Assembly (NCBI GenBank): GCA_027487075.1 | Contig: JAIYEG010000002.1 | Span: forward strand, 1,244-65,243 | Origin: a bacterium | GTDB lineage: Bacteria; Patescibacteriota; Minisyncoccia; Phycocordibacterales; CALRBL01 | DNA length: 64,000 nt | Direction: 5' to 3' | Made by a program: the position numbers and the translations under genes | Part shown: one piece after another, positions 63,299-64,000 of the stretch | Layout of the letters: every line of letters begins with the position of its first letter | Numbering within the stretch: the first letter of the stretch is position 1 | Notes under the pieces: model-generated | Databases searched by the model: none | Told to the model about the DNA's origin: nothing | The model's input: only the letters and a program-made list of their open reading frames with translations

Positions 63299-64000
63299 TG
63301 ACCAAACGAGTTTTTATTACCCGCGAGATTCCAAAGTTGGGCATCGATATGCTCACACAGAAAGGATACGAAGTAGATGTCTATCCGAAAGACAAGGTGC
63401 CGAGTCAGCGTGAGCTCATCACATACCTCAAGAAAAAGCCCTATGATGCGGTGATGTGTTTGCTCACTGATGATATCAATGCACAGGTGTACGATGCTGC
63501 ACCGAGTGTGAAGCTTTTTGCAAGTTATACGGTGGGTTATAACAATATCGATGTTGTGGAAGCAACTAAGCGTGGCATTACCGTCACCAACACCGCAGGA
63601 TCTTCGAATGCTCCTGTGGCCGAGCAAGCTATCGCACTCATGCTTGGTCTCACTACACGTATGGTAGAAGCAGATGCTTTTACCCGAAAGGGAAAATATA
63701 AGGGCTGGTCACCTATGGCGTTCATGGGAACTGATATGAAGGGTAAAACGTTGGGACTTGTCGGAAGTGGTGCAATTGGTTGTGAAGTGGCACGTATTGC
63801 ACATCATGGGTTCGGCATGAAAATTATCTACACCGATCTTGTGGCACATCCTGATATTGAGACTGATTGTGGTGCCACAAAAATGGCATCACTGGATGCT
63901 CTCCTTGCTGAAGCAGATATTGTGAGTGTGCATGTGCCTCTCCTTCCAGCAACGCATCACCTTATCAATGAAAAAACCTTGTCGCTGATGAAGAAGACGG
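63299..64000 (+). CDS. D-isomer-specific 2-hydroxyacid dehydrogenase (3'-partial, running off the window)
   Basis: It has the NAD-binding 'LGLVGSGAIGCEVARIA' motif and a catalytic-domain pattern. There is no stop before the window end. Confidence 0.8.

Noticed and set aside
1-64000. Mobile elements (IS elements, integrases) and rRNA
   Set aside because: No transposase or integrase-like translation, no terminal inverted repeats beyond terminator hairpins, and no rRNA-like conserved blocks were seen anywhere in the window.

Overview
This 64-kb window is chromosomal DNA from a small-genome bacterium. It has bacterial LexA, MurF, an ECF sigma factor, a type IV pilin, a tRNA-Ala(UGC) with a G3:U70 pair, and compact, shortened UvrA, UvrC and Zwf homologues, which would fit an uncultivated Patescibacteria/CPR-like lineage. 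That organism guess is inference only. Genes are dense, frequently overlap by 4 bp, and are often separated by clean bidirectional rho-independent terminators.

The content in order is as follows.
- A light/UV block at the 5' edge: partial crtB, crtI, a UbiA-type prenyltransferase that may be a lycopene-elongase analogue, a DUF2892 protein and a CPD photolyase.
- An envelope block: a GT28-like glycosyltransferase, a DMT transporter, a clan GH-A hydrolase, and a PG-binding protein with an extremely acidic repeat tail.
- A DEAD-box helicase, then a sensor kinase followed by a large uncharacterized protein.
- A perfect LexA-box palindrome overlapping the promoter of a two-gene operon made of a small SOS ORF and lexA.
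- RNA-modification genes, a cupin-type (archaeal-type) phosphoglucose isomerase, and MurF.
- An orphan PemK/MazF-fold gene next to a Pif1-family helicase and a GC-rich small secreted ORF.
- A damage-repair run of msrB, an MGMT-domain gene, msrA, an EVE-domain gene and a thermonuclease.
- A five-gene operon: a Met-rich membrane protein, two ABC exporter half-transporters, a 1062-aa signal-peptide protein with five FN3-like repeats, and an RlpA-like DPBB protein.
- The glycolytic genes gpmI and eno, an FKBP isomerase, tgt, and a frameshifted CYTH gene.
- A run of uvrB, an adenylate-kinase-like gene, uvrA, a histidine phosphatase and uvrC.
- A type IV pilin, tRNA-Ala, mltG, and an ECF sigma factor with a DUF5667 partner.
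- A short Zwf-like gene, then a flavinylation module: an NqrB/RnfD-like membrane domain fused to an FNR-like reductase, ApbE and an FMN-binding secreted protein.
- pyrD and a partial 2-hydroxyacid dehydrogenase at the 3' edge.

I found no rRNA, CRISPR array, transposase or integrase. The two candidates for an undescribed system are the ABC-exporter, FN3-giant and DPBB operon, and the membrane flavinylation module. The orphan MazF-fold plus Pif1 island and the LexA-controlled small ORF are also worth follow-up.
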